Positions 52,281-62,124 of a DNA stretch of 64,000 bases are shown here, piece after piece. Origin of the DNA: an uncultured Methanosarcinaceae archaeon (lineage in GTDB: Archaea > Halobacteriota > Methanosarcinia > Methanosarcinales > Methanosarcinaceae); contig CAWJYV010000008.1 of assembly GCA_963847185.1 (NCBI GenBank), forward strand, positions 160,001 through 224,000, read 5' to 3'. A program made the position numbers and the translations under genes. Positions within the stretch are counted from its first letter, which is position 1. The number at the start of each line of letters is the position of its first letter. Below the pieces are notes generated by a model. That model had not been told where the DNA came from and searched no databases. It worked only from the letters and a program-made list of their open reading frames with translations.

Positions 52281-52316
52281 TCGAATATTTCTTTATTTAT
52301 ATTACTGCTAGCTGTT

Positions 52317-53372
52317 TCAATCCTGCTTCTTCTTTCTAAGCATTACGAAACATGCTGCAAGGGCCATTGCAATACCTGTTCCAATCTGATATCCCGGAAG
52401 AGACTCTTTTGCAGGCAGGACTTCTGTGTTAATTTTAACTGTATCTGAGACCTGGTCATGCCCGTCGGCATCTTCATAGAGAATTTCACTGCTCAGAGAA
52501 TATGGTTTGGGAGTTGCAGTTTCATCTACATCCATATCAAATACAGCAACAGCATTTTCCCCGGGTTTCAGAGTTCCAAGATAAGCCTGGTCGTCAGTAG
52601 TACTGAAGGGATCAGCTGCACTGAGTCTAACGGTTGCATCAGTTGCAGGTTCTTCTCCGGCATTCTTGTATGTAACGCGAAGCATTCCGCCTTTATCAGG
52701 GTAAAGGTCACCTGTTACATTTGTGACCTCAAAGTAAGGTTCCTTTTTGACTTCTATGTTTATAGTCTGAGTCTGGGTCTTGTTTTCGTACCAGATGCCT
52801 ACTTCCTTATTTGTCACAAGGCCTGTGGTACTGTCAAATTCGTCTCCTCCTACCTGAACGTTATTCTGGTACTGATATGAAAGTTCAAGAGTCAGAGGAT
52901 ATGTACCTGCAGGAGCGTCTTTATTAATCTCAATTGTAAACTTTGTAGGACTTGAGCTATCTTTTCCCTGCTTGAGAGTGCCAGCTTCTTGAGATCCCGA
53001 TTTAACTTTAATGTTCGGATTGTCAGATTTAAGTGTTGCAAGAATGCCTACTGCTGTTGTAGCCTGAGCTTCATACTGCATCTCTGACTGCTGGAGCATC
53101 TGGTCTACATAATTTCCAATTTCTGCATCTTTTTCAGATTTAAAGCCGGAAACTTCACCCTTATTCATCATGTTTATATTGAGAGTTACAGTGTCTCCTC
53201 TGGAGTATTGGTTATCTCCAACGAGTGTTGCACTAAGGTCAGGCCCTCCATATACTGAGTAGTAATTCTTACTAATATCAAAATTGTCTGGTACAGCTGC
53301 CTGCGCTGGGAAAACTGCCCAGCAAAGGATCAGAAGGGTTGTGACAGTAATAAATAATCCATTTTTATTCAT
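52317..53372 (-). CDS. COG1361 S-layer-domain family protein
   Basis: Signal peptide, APAGTYPLTLELSYQY, YLGTLKPGE, C-terminal LPGY + TM + KKK tail. Confidence 0.8.
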   Translation of the reverse strand: MNKNGLFITVTTLLILCWAVFPAQAAVPDNFDISKNYYSVYGGPDLSATLVGDNQYSRGDTVTLNINMMNKGEVSGFKSEKDAEIGNYVDQMLQQSEMQYEAQATTAVGILATLKSDNPNIKVKSGSQEAGTLKQGKDSSSPTKFTIEINKDAPAGTYPLTLELSYQYQNNVQVGGDEFDSTTGLVTNKEVGIWYENKTQTQTINIEVKKEPYFEVTNVTGDLYPDKGGMLRVTYKNAGEEPATDATVRLSAADPFSTTDDQAYLGTLKPGENAVAVFDMDVDETATPKPYSLSSEILYEDADGHDQVSDTVKINTEVLPAKESLPGYQIGTGIAMALAACFVMLRKKKQD

Positions 53373-54510
53373 TTTCATCACCTGATGTATTCTCATTATT
53401 CTGGTTTCTTTTCCGGTGCATATTCACGATCTGGTAAAGGGCGATAACGATAATCAGTATAATTGCTATGCCTGTTGTGCTGAATTTTTTCTCTGTAGAT
53501 TCAAGGGGTAAGTTCACTTTCATACTTTCTGAAAAGATGGTATCTCCGTCGTCATCAACATACTTTATTTCACTGTTGATTCCATACTTTTTTACAATAG
53601 CATCCTGATCTGCCTTTATTTCGAAACTGGCAGTCTTTTCTTCCCCTGGCCCAATATCTCCTAGCCTTACTATAGATTTCTCAGTGCTAAGAGGGCTCAT
53701 CACAATTATCCGGGCTAAAGCATCTTTTGCTACGCTTTCCCTTGTGTTTTTATAGGTAACTTCAATGACTTTGCTTTCTCCCTGTACAAGGCTTCCTGAG
53801 ACATTGGTTACTTCGAATTTAGGTTCGCTTTTTACGGAAACGGGTATTCTGAGAGTTTCATTTTTTGTTTTATACTCTCTTGCATACTCTACATCCGTAA
53901 GCCCGAGATTTATTGCATCCGCAGTTACAGTTTTAACATTTGCCTGGTATTGATAATTTACAGGCAGGAGGAGCTCATAATTCCCGGCAGGTGTATCGCT
54001 ATCTATTTTGATGGTGTAACTGAGGGTTGCTGTATGGCCTGTTTCAAGTTCTTCCACACTCTGGAGATTGGCTGTGGACTCAACTTCAATGTATTTAGTT
54101 TCCGATTGAAGAGTAGCCTCGATATCTTTTGCCGTTGTGGATTCTTTTTCTTCTTCCATCTCTGCCAGTGCAACCGTTTCCTCAACCGAGTCGTTTATTT
54201 TTTTCTGGTTTGCGTTCAACCTCTGAAATCCATCTATTACCCCGGTATTCGCGATTTTTACCTTCAGGTCTACAGTTTCTCCTCTGGTTAACTCGGGATC
54301 TCCTGTAATTGACGCTTTCATAACCGGCTCTCCGTAATTCCTGTAATAATCTACAGTATACCCATGATCCAGAACAATGAAATTCGTTTCATCATCATCG
54401 TCCCCGAGGGCTGGAAATGCAGTCACTGATACAATTAATAGAATTAACGCAAATGTAGTAAGTTTCTTAATCATTTTTTGCCTTAATTTTTTGATGGGCA
54501 TTTGTGTCAT
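53365..54510 (-). CDS. COG1361 S-layer-domain family protein
   Basis: Signal peptide, TPAGNYELLLPVNYQY, RLGDIGPGE, C-terminal TM. Confidence 0.8.
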   Translation of the reverse strand: MTQMPIKKLRQKMIKKLTTFALILLIVSVTAFPALGDDDDETNFIVLDHGYTVDYYRNYGEPVMKASITGDPELTRGETVDLKVKIANTGVIDGFQRLNANQKKINDSVEETVALAEMEEEKESTTAKDIEATLQSETKYIEVESTANLQSVEELETGHTATLSYTIKIDSDTPAGNYELLLPVNYQYQANVKTVTADAINLGLTDVEYAREYKTKNETLRIPVSVKSEPKFEVTNVSGSLVQGESKVIEVTYKNTRESVAKDALARIIVMSPLSTEKSIVRLGDIGPGEEKTASFEIKADQDAIVKKYGINSEIKYVDDDGDTIFSESMKVNLPLESTEKKFSTTGIAIILIIVIALYQIVNMHRKRNQNNENTSGDENE

Positions 54511-56867
54511 ATATCTGCCCCCTGAATTTGTTTTTTTGTCTCTATCTCTTTTTCTGGAGTCCTGAGCCCTTTTCTTCTATCTCTCCAGGTATCAAGGACT
54601 ATAATAAGAGGCGGGAAGACTACAAAGGTTGCCAGGAGAGCCAGCACTACATCGATAACCGTAACCATCCCGAAGTCAGATATCATCGGGAAAGGAGAAG
54701 CCAGCAAGGCCATAAATCCGAATACTGTCGTAGCCCCTGAAGCAACTATTGCACTCCCTATTTTAGCACTGGTCATGTGGATTGCTTCCATAGGACTTCT
54801 CCCTTTATCCTTTTCTTCAAAGTAACGTTCCATCATAAGGATTGCATACTCGGATCCGACTCCTAAAATCAGAGCTCCCAGAGTTGCGGTTAGCGGAGTG
54901 TAGCTAATATTGAGGTAGCTCATGACTCCTCCTGACCAGCCGATAACTATAATCATCGGGATCACAGGGACTAGGGCTTTCACCCAATCTCTGTAAACAA
55001 CATAAAGTCCTGCGAGCACGAGGATAAGGCCGAGAAAAGTCATTGCTACTCTTCCACTGGTAAGAGCGGTGATGACTTCCATAAATACGACTGAGTTTCC
55101 GGTAATCGTGACTGTGGTACCTGGTGGGGCTGGCATCCACTGCATATCCTGCTTGACGATGTTTGTGAGTTCTTTAATTCCTGTTAACTTGATATCAGCA
55201 ACCGCATTCCCTATATTGAAGTTCAAGAGAAGCATGTTTTTCCCATACATGTAACGGTCTTTCTGCAACTCCGGAATTTCAGAATAGATATTCTTTATTT
55301 CCTGGCTGGTATCGGGAATAACGCCCCCGTTCCTCTCTTTTACAAGAGACACTATACTCGAAGCACTATAAATATGGGCATTGGATGATACTTCATGTTC
55401 GGAAAATTGGTCAATCCATTTAAGGACATCAGGGTTGGATACATCTTCAACTTTGATAATAAGGTTTAGTTCATCGCTCCCACCCATGATATCTCCCATA
55501 TGTCTAAGATCCACAAGTGCAGGCATATCCTGAGGTACAAAGGTCTGAACATCAGTCTGAATAGGTACTGACTGATCAAGGTAAAGGCCGCCAAAACAGA
55601 GTAAGCATGCGATTCCCAGTACGATGACATCGTATTTGATTGTCAGATCCGTTGTCTTCTGGAGAATCCTCCCTATTAGACGGTCGCTTTCACTCTCTCC
55701 TTCAGCCTTTTTCTTTTTTTCTGTACTTGAAGGCTTTATCTTCTTTGCTATTTTTCTCAAGGGGTTCCTGTCTGAGTAACTATCAAATATTGAAAGCGTT
55801 ACAACCCCTACAAATATGGAAGCAAGGTAGCACATGATAATGCCTATCAGGAGAAGTTTTCCAAAATCCTGGATCATCGGCACTGTGGATGTAAAAAGGG
55901 AGAAAAAGCCAAGTGCTGTCATTGCCAGAGCGATGAGAACTGCAGGGCCTGTGTGCTTTATGGTTTCTATTACTGCTCTTGTTTTATTCCCTTTATCCAC
56001 CAGTTCTTCTTCCAGTCTGTTATGGAACTGAATCGCATAGTCGATCCCTACGCCTATCAGAATCGGGAATGCAGACATGGAAACCATGGACATGGGAATC
56101 CCGACATAACCCATAGCTCCGAAAGTATAAACAATACCTAGAAGAACCACAGGTAATGGAAGAAGACACCAGCGTACATGCCTGAATACAAGGAGCAGTA
56201 CAATAACCATGAAAATAGCTGAAAGTCCTAGCAGTATACCCATACTGGAATTCATCTCATAGTTCATGGAGATGTTGAATGCCGGGTCACCTGTAACGAT
56301 AATATTGTAAGAAGGTGGAAATTCTGAAACAGAGACTGCCTCTTCAGTGGCAGTAAGGATATCTTCCTGAGCTTTGTCGCTGGCTGAACCGGCCATAACT
56401 ACAGAAATCAGCATATGGGTATTGTCAGGAATAATCTGGCTGAAAATAGCAGGATTTCCATCTATGATAGCTTTGATTTCTCCGTCGGTTTCTGGAAGTT
56501 CATACCTTCCTGTAATCTTGTAATTGACCGTTTTGATCAGAGAGGCAGGGCTTGTAGTTTCAATTACTCCATCTGTTGCCCCTAGCTGAGTTTCTAATCT
56601 GTCCACAGCCTCCATCAGGTCAGCATTCCTCACATCATTGCCCTCTACCATTACCACGATAGATTGTGTCTGAAAAATATTCTGATAAAGGTGATCATAG
56701 TCCTGGTAGAGAGGAGAGTCTTTCCCGACAAAGGTTTCCGTTCCTGATTGCATCTCGATTAGCTGTGCTCCCTGCATTGATATTATTATACACAGGAAAG
56801 CTACCATGAGTACGGAAAAACGGTTATTTTGAATAAAAAACCCCAGTTTTTCAAAAGATTTTTTAAT
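54507..56867 (-). CDS. RND/MMPL (HAE3-type) transporter; apparent ATT start at 56867
   Basis: ILIGVGIDYAIQFHNR, LILGVGSEY, duplicated TM halves; frame open to ATT 7 nt after GAGGA. Confidence 0.88.
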   Translation of the reverse strand: MKKSFEKLGFFIQNNRFSVLMVAFLCIIISMQGAQLIEMQSGTETFVGKDSPLYQDYDHLYQNIFQTQSIVVMVEGNDVRNADLMEAVDRLETQLGATDGVIETTSPASLIKTVNYKITGRYELPETDGEIKAIIDGNPAIFSQIIPDNTHMLISVVMAGSASDKAQEDILTATEEAVSVSEFPPSYNIIVTGDPAFNISMNYEMNSSMGILLGLSAIFMVIVLLLVFRHVRWCLLPLPVVLLGIVYTFGAMGYVGIPMSMVSMSAFPILIGVGIDYAIQFHNRLEEELVDKGNKTRAVIETIKHTGPAVLIALAMTALGFFSLFTSTVPMIQDFGKLLLIGIIMCYLASIFVGVVTLSIFDSYSDRNPLRKIAKKIKPSSTEKKKKAEGESESDRLIGRILQKTTDLTIKYDVIVLGIACLLCFGGLYLDQSVPIQTDVQTFVPQDMPALVDLRHMGDIMGGSDELNLIIKVEDVSNPDVLKWIDQFSEHEVSSNAHIYSASSIVSLVKERNGGVIPDTSQEIKNIYSEIPELQKDRYMYGKNMLLLNFNIGNAVADIKLTGIKELTNIVKQDMQWMPAPPGTTVTITGNSVVFMEVITALTSGRVAMTFLGLILVLAGLYVVYRDWVKALVPVIPMIIVIGWSGGVMSYLNISYTPLTATLGALILGVGSEYAILMMERYFEEKDKGRSPMEAIHMTSAKIGSAIVASGATTVFGFMALLASPFPMISDFGMVTVIDVVLALLATFVVFPPLIIVLDTWRDRRKGLRTPEKEIETKKQIQGADI

Positions 56868-57105
56868 AGCTGATTCCTCTCGTAATTTTATAGTGTGAAG
56901 TGTAATTTGATGTAAGTTTAAGAACCTTGATTTATGCTTTCAACCTGCCGATCTTTCTTTACGGCTGGAATTTTCTCATCCAAGGTTTGGTTCTAAACAC
57001 ATTTATTTTTATTGTACTGTTTTCTTAGCTCTTTAGTGGCGTAGATCTGATGACATATTAATAAAGAGAAAAGATTTAAATTTATTGTTACTTTAGGGGT
57101 AACAA

Positions 57106-57867
57106 ATGTTTTCGCAAATAAATCCTCAGCTAATTCGCAACCTTGAAACACTTGGGCTAACTGAAAATGAAGCCAAAGCGTATGTGGGACTTGTCAGTTT
57201 GGGAGAGGCTACAGCCCGAGAAATACATGAACTTACGAATGTGCCGCGAGCCAAAATCTATGAGATCCTTAAAGTACTTGCGAAAAAAGGTTTTCTGGAA
57301 GTGCGACAGGGCACCCCAACTTATTTCAGGGCAGTTGACCCAAAGCAGGTAATCGAGAAAATAAAGGAGGAATTTATCGGTTGTGCAATTGAGACGCTTA
57401 ACCAGCTCAACGAATTGAGTTATGAACTTCCAAAGACTTCTCCTGTCTGGTGCATCCAGAGTGAATGGGGTATAAAGAACAGAATTCGTGATATTCTGGA
57501 AAGGGCAAAAGAAGAGCTTATTATTTTCTCATCCAGCCCTGAATACCTTAAGGAGTTTGAAGCGGAGTTAAAAAAACTGGAGAAAACTTGCAGGCTAATT
57601 TTTATTGTAGATGATGTTGAAAGATTCAGGTCACTGCCTTTTCAATTCAGAGAAATTACCCCTGAGTTTAAAGATTCCATAAACAATATTGTAATTGATG
57701 GTACTCGTTATAGTGAAGAACTCTTCATAATTGCTGATGGGAAGGAATCAATAGGTGTTCATAGTGCAGGAAATAAAAGAGAAGCAGTAGTTATCAAATT
57801 GCCTGTTGTCTGTTATCTTCAAAAAATAATTTACAGCAAAGTGCTTGAACCCGGTTTTGTTAAATAA
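57106..57867 (+). CDS. TrmB family transcriptional regulator
   Basis: LGLTENEAKAY...VPRAKIYEIL..L..KG...PTYFRAVDP. Confidence 0.92.
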   Translation: MFSQINPQLIRNLETLGLTENEAKAYVGLVSLGEATAREIHELTNVPRAKIYEILKVLAKKGFLEVRQGTPTYFRAVDPKQVIEKIKEEFIGCAIETLNQLNELSYELPKTSPVWCIQSEWGIKNRIRDILERAKEELIIFSSSPEYLKEFEAELKKLEKTCRLIFIVDDVERFRSLPFQFREITPEFKDSINNIVIDGTRYSEELFIIADGKESIGVHSAGNKREAVVIKLPVVCYLQKIIYSKVLEPGFVK

Positions 57868-58080
57868 AGCCGGTAACCTCTTTATAAATCCGAATTTCAG
57901 TTTTCTTTTAACTTTAGGGAACTTCTCTTTAACTTGTATAACCCTACTCTGCTGAGAGTTCTATGGTTCTTTTTCTTCTTAACCGAAAACCAACTTTGTC
58001 GGATACTATTAATATTATTCCGAAATAATTCTTTTATTGCGCTTTTTCAGAAATGAGGGTTAGAGTAAGCAGGTGTAAAT

Positions 58081-58743
58081 ATGAAAAGTATAACTATAGG
58101 CAGCGTTGGAATTCAATGGTTGGGTCATTCTGGTTTTCTGCTTGAAGGGGACGGCAAAAAGATCTATATTGATCCTTTTGAGCTTAGAGAAGAGCCTGCT
58201 TTTGAAGATAAGGCAGATATTTTGCTGATTACCCATGAACACTTTGACCACTGCAGCCCTGAGGACATCAGGAAGGTCAGAAGGTCTGACTCAACGACTC
58301 TTATCCCAGAAAACTGTTCATTTGAATTCAAGGGAGACGCCAGGCGGATTTCTGAAGGAGATATTCTTGCTGACGGGCTTGAGATTAAAGGGATCAGGAT
58401 TGAGGTAGTTCCGGCTTACAATCTCAATAAACCCTATCATCCTCGGGGACTTGGAGTAGGGTATATTGTGGAACTCGGAGGAAAAAGGATTTATCACGCA
58501 GGAGATTGTGATTTTTTCCCCGAGATGAAGGATATTAAGGTTGATGTTGCGCTTTTGCCTATAGGAGGTACATATACTATGAACGAGGAAGAAGCCGCAG
58601 GTGCGGCCGCAGTTATCTCTCCTGAGATCGTAATTCCAATGCACTATGATAAATCCGGGGACGTAAACGGGGACCCAGAAAAGTTTAAGGCTCTTGTACA
58701 CAGCAAGAATCCTGAAATTAATGTGATCATTCTTGACTCCTGA
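58081..58743 (+). CDS. MBL-fold metallo-hydrolase
   Basis: WLGHSGF, ITHEHFDH, YHAGD, LLPIGGTYTM, IPMHY. Confidence 0.92.
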   Translation: MKSITIGSVGIQWLGHSGFLLEGDGKKIYIDPFELREEPAFEDKADILLITHEHFDHCSPEDIRKVRRSDSTTLIPENCSFEFKGDARRISEGDILADGLEIKGIRIEVVPAYNLNKPYHPRGLGVGYIVELGGKRIYHAGDCDFFPEMKDIKVDVALLPIGGTYTMNEEEAAGAAAVISPEIVIPMHYDKSGDVNGDPEKFKALVHSKNPEINVIILDS

Positions 58744-58824
58744 TCTCCTGACTTCCGAGTTCTCTTTATATTATGAGTCAGGAATGGGTTCTGAGTTGAG
58801 GTCAACTGCAGGATCGATCTATCC

Positions 58825-59154
58825 ATGTCTAAAAAGGCCCGAAAACAACAAAAAAACCTGATCCAGGTCATAGCAGCCCAGCGTATGTGGAGGCTTTTTG
58901 AACTTGCGAAAAAGGAGTACGCAGAGCATCCTGAGCGCAGCGAACGCTATGTGCAGCTTATCAGGAATATTTCAATGAGAAACAGGATGAGTATCCCAAG
59001 GGAAATCAAAAGCAGAATATGTAAACACTGCTATGCTTTTCTGGTTCCAGGGAAAAATGTCCGCTACAGACTGAAAGAGGGATACATCGTCATCTCATGC
59101 CAGTGCTGCGGAAAAGAAATGCGATATCCCTATAAAAGGTTAAAAAAGGCTTAA
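58825..59154 (+). CDS. rnp4: Ribonuclease P protein component 4 (Rpp21)
   Basis: IAAQRMWRLF, RICKHCYAFLVPG, ISCQCCGKEMRYP. Confidence 0.93.
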   Translation: MSKKARKQQKNLIQVIAAQRMWRLFELAKKEYAEHPERSERYVQLIRNISMRNRMSIPREIKSRICKHCYAFLVPGKNVRYRLKEGYIVISCQCCGKEMRYPYKRLKKA

Positions 59155-59261
59155 GCACGTTTTCGTCAGGATTCTTCTACTTCAGGTTTCTGGACAGCTA
59201 TTACAGAAAATAACCCTGCACCTACGCCAGACCATATCTCCATATGAAAGCGATCATAATT

Positions 59262-59573
59262 TTAAGTTTTTACAGGGGTTTCCTGGCCTCGCATCTTCTT
59301 TATGGCTGAAGCTATCTGTTTTGCAATCACGGATTTCGGACCTTTATCGTCCACAAGCACTCTCCCGCTTACCTCCCACCAGAATTTTGGGTAGGCTTTT
59401 TCCGGCTCCACTTCAGGATTCAGCCCGAGTTTTATGGCGGCTTCTTTTATTTCGTTAAGATGCGGCTCTTTTATAGCACTTTTTCGGGAGATTATTCTGC
59501 CACTGCTCCTGGATTTAGTCTGGTCGATGTATGCGGGCCAGATTACAAGTTTTCCCTTCTCTTTCATCATCAT
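59262..59573 (-). CDS. srp19: Signal recognition particle protein SRP19
   Basis: VIWPAYID..KSRSSGR...PHLNEI...KAYPKFWW..SGRVLV. Confidence 0.94.
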   Translation of the reverse strand: MMMKEKGKLVIWPAYIDQTKSRSSGRIISRKSAIKEPHLNEIKEAAIKLGLNPEVEPEKAYPKFWWEVSGRVLVDDKGPKSVIAKQIASAIKKMRGQETPVKT

Positions 59574-59614
59574 ACTATCTTCGTTCTAAATTGCTTTCAT
59601 GGAATTTAAAACTG

Positions 59615-59830
59615 CCCCGCGTTGCGTCGCCCGAATTGCGATTCGGGAGCCCGCCGTCCGTTTCCCTCGCTTCGCTCGCTCAAGCAGACTAACTTATGGT
59701 TTAGAATCCCGAGTTCCGCTTCGGGAGCACGGGGTCCGTTTCCCTTGCTTCGCTCGCTCAAGCGGACTAATTTATAGCTTCAAATCCAGAATTGCAATTC
59801 ATGATCCGGGTTTCGTTTCGGGAGCACAGA
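59615..59830. repeat. GC-rich 78-bp-period REP-like repeat array (two full units plus one partial) with hairpins
   Basis: TTCGGGAGC..GTCCGTTTCCCT(C/T)GCTTCGCTCGCTCAAGC(A/G)GACTAA at 59642 and 59720; third TTCGGGAGCAC at ~59817. Confidence 0.85.
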
Positions 59831-59965
59831 AAATTGGAGATTTTCTGGGAGTTGCGATGTAATCACAACATTACGGGTCTGTTTGTAATGGGAAAATTTT
59901 CCTCGTTCTTATCCATTACCTGTAATTATTTATCTTCTCCCGTACAAGTTCTGCATGGTGTTAAT

Positions 59966-60223
59966 ATGATTCCTGCATTTTCAATTGATGAGAGGGTAAG
60001 AGCTTATATCAGAAAGAGCGGGCAGGATTTCAGGCTCTCTACTTCGCCTGAGGGGCCGGTGCTTCTTCCGCTCGGGAGTGTAACTCCAAAACCTTCAGAT
60101 ATGAAAATACTTATTGGTAGTAATGTTCTTTATATTTCCAAGCTACAGGCGAAGTACATCAAAAAGGTTGACTGGTCTATGGTGGAAAGGTCACTGAACT
60201 TTTCCGGTGAATCCAATGCCTGA
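59966..60223 (+). CDS. Small conserved hypothetical protein
   Basis: RBS GGTG then ATG 59966; MIPAFSIDERVRAYIRKSGQDFRLSTSPEGPVLLP... Confidence 0.65.
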   Translation: MIPAFSIDERVRAYIRKSGQDFRLSTSPEGPVLLPLGSVTPKPSDMKILIGSNVLYISKLQAKYIKKVDWSMVERSLNFSGESNA

Positions 60224-60428
60224 TTTCCCGGTTGTATGTCAAAATTCTACTCTTTCCGTTTGAAAGGCCGGAATTTTGTCCCTTTTCAGAAAGATATCTA
60301 TCCGTTTCGTTTATATGAAGAGAGAGCATAGGATAGAGGCTAACTTGTCCTAGATCCTGCGAAGGTTCCCCGGAAAAAGGGAAATTGCAGCAGGCTGAAA
60401 AAAGATTGCTTCAAGCTCAAGGGAGAAT

Positions 60429-61301
60429 TTGTTTGTGAAGCTGAAAACTAAAATTGTATTTATACTCCTTGCCCTGATGGTGGTCTTTGTATCGGGCTGT
60501 ATGGACGGAAAGAAAGAAGTTGTCCTGAATGAGCCCGGCAATGCCTCTAGCTATGAATTTGAAGTTTTTCAGAATCAATCATACAACCAGACTCTTGCAA
60601 ATACCACCACCTACTATCTTCTGGAAAACAAAGCAAGTGTACAGGTTGTAAATCTTGTAATAAATAAAAGCAAGCTTGAGATTTATCCTTCTGAATCTCT
60701 GGGCGGCGGTTCACAGGATGAGCCAATTAAAAATTTTGTACTTCTTGTAGACCCGGCAAATCAGACTTCAGGAAGCCTGGAGACTTTTAAAGAACTTTCC
60801 CTCAGAAATGAAACCTCAGATCTTAATTATACACTGACTCAGGAAATCAACCAGACTATGAGAATTATAAATCTGGAATTTGAAGAGCCTGTAACAGGTT
60901 TCATTGCGTATACCCTTGAGACTCCGAAAACTCAAGGTTTTGCTTTCATAAAACCTGATTCCGAATTTATTCGCGTTGTTCTCCCTCCGGGATATGTTAC
61001 TGGAAATAAGATATTCGGGGTAGCACGCCCTGAGCCTTTTAATGAAAGTTTTGATGAAAAAGGAAGGCAAACTCTCCTGTGGATCTCTTCGAAAATGGGA
61101 GAACGGGAAGGAACCATTCAGGTGAGGTATTATTCCGAGTCTGCCCCCCTGCTGTTCTTAGCAGCAATTGTAGTCCTGCTCTTTGGGGTTGTTCTGGTGC
61201 TTGCGCGTTATTCGAAAAGTAGGAAAGAACTCGAGGCTGTTAAAGGAGTTCTGGAACTCGAAAAGGAGTACGATAAGAAACAGCGAAGAGCCAAAAAATA
61301 A
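60429..61301 (+). CDS. Lipoprotein with C-terminal TM (DUF5803-like)
   Basis: Lipobox VSGC; RVVLPPGYVTGNKIFG..RP motif; C-terminal TM and basic tail. Confidence 0.7.
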   Translation: MFVKLKTKIVFILLALMVVFVSGCMDGKKEVVLNEPGNASSYEFEVFQNQSYNQTLANTTTYYLLENKASVQVVNLVINKSKLEIYPSESLGGGSQDEPIKNFVLLVDPANQTSGSLETFKELSLRNETSDLNYTLTQEINQTMRIINLEFEEPVTGFIAYTLETPKTQGFAFIKPDSEFIRVVLPPGYVTGNKIFGVARPEPFNESFDEKGRQTLLWISSKMGEREGTIQVRYYSESAPLLFLAAIVVLLFGVVLVLARYSKSRKELEAVKGVLELEKEYDKKQRRAKK

Positions 61302-61422
61302 CTTTTAGTAATATCCTTTTTATCTCTTTTTCTTCATCTTATTTTTATTTTTTTAGAAGTAAATAGCTATTTATTGGCGTTTGCCCATATCCCTACTTGA
61401 TGATAATTTTTGGGGATACTCT

Positions 61423-62124
61423 ATGAAATCTCTGTTTTCCTCAACATCAGAATTGGAACCCGAATCAAAGTCGGAAGCTAATTCCGGATCAGAAGCTTTT
61501 ACTCCGGTAATAGGTTCTCTTATGCTTTTGCTAATAACGCTTGCGCTTGCGGGCACAATTGTCGCTGTTTTTGATCTCTCTGATGATAAGGCTGTTTTTC
61601 AGGCCTCTATGGCAAAAATCACCCTTGAATCCTGTGAAGGAGGACTCTATGGGTTTGGCCCGGAGGCTGAGAGAGCCAGGCTTGAAGAAAACAGAATTGT
61701 GCTTCTCCATGAGGGAGGGAGTTCTCTGCCCATTGATTTTGTTTCCATAACTATTTTCGGGTATGGAAATTCCTATCAGGGTCTTCCGGGACATGAGGGA
61801 AAATCGCTCAAAGGAAACATTTCTATATTCTATCTAGATCTTAATTCCCGGGGAAAAAATTCCGAATATCTGGCTCGAAATGGTGTGGTTCTTGAAGATG
61901 GTTTATGGGGAGCTGGAGAAAAACTGATACTCTATGGAAATGACAGTTCCGTGGGAAGTATTGATTCCAGTGTGAAAGTAAGTGTTGATGGAGCCGATAA
62001 TACCTCTGATAACTACGGTTTTCAAACAGGCTCAAAAATTACTCTAAAGGTTATTGACAGGGAAGGCAGATGCGTCCTCTCTGAGCAAGAAGTTGTTGTA
62101 ATACACCCAAATACGGATATCTGA
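61423..62124 (+). CDS. Archaeal type IV pilin (DUF1628/Pilin_N)
   Basis: Class III signal SEA|FTPVIGSLMLLLITLALAG; LLHEGGSSL, WGAGEKL. Confidence 0.8.
   Translation: MKSLFSSTSELEPESKSEANSGSEAFTPVIGSLMLLLITLALAGTIVAVFDLSDDKAVFQASMAKITLESCEGGLYGFGPEAERARLEENRIVLLHEGGSSLPIDFVSITIFGYGNSYQGLPGHEGKSLKGNISIFYLDLNSRGKNSEYLARNGVVLEDGLWGAGEKLILYGNDSSVGSIDSSVKVSVDGADNTSDNYGFQTGSKITLKVIDREGRCVLSEQEVVVIHPNTDI

Noticed and set aside
59599-59862. 87-aa ORF over the GC-rich repeats, and the 5' extension of ORF 59792
   Set aside because: Translation of the repeat element; the neighbouring real gene most likely starts at 59966.
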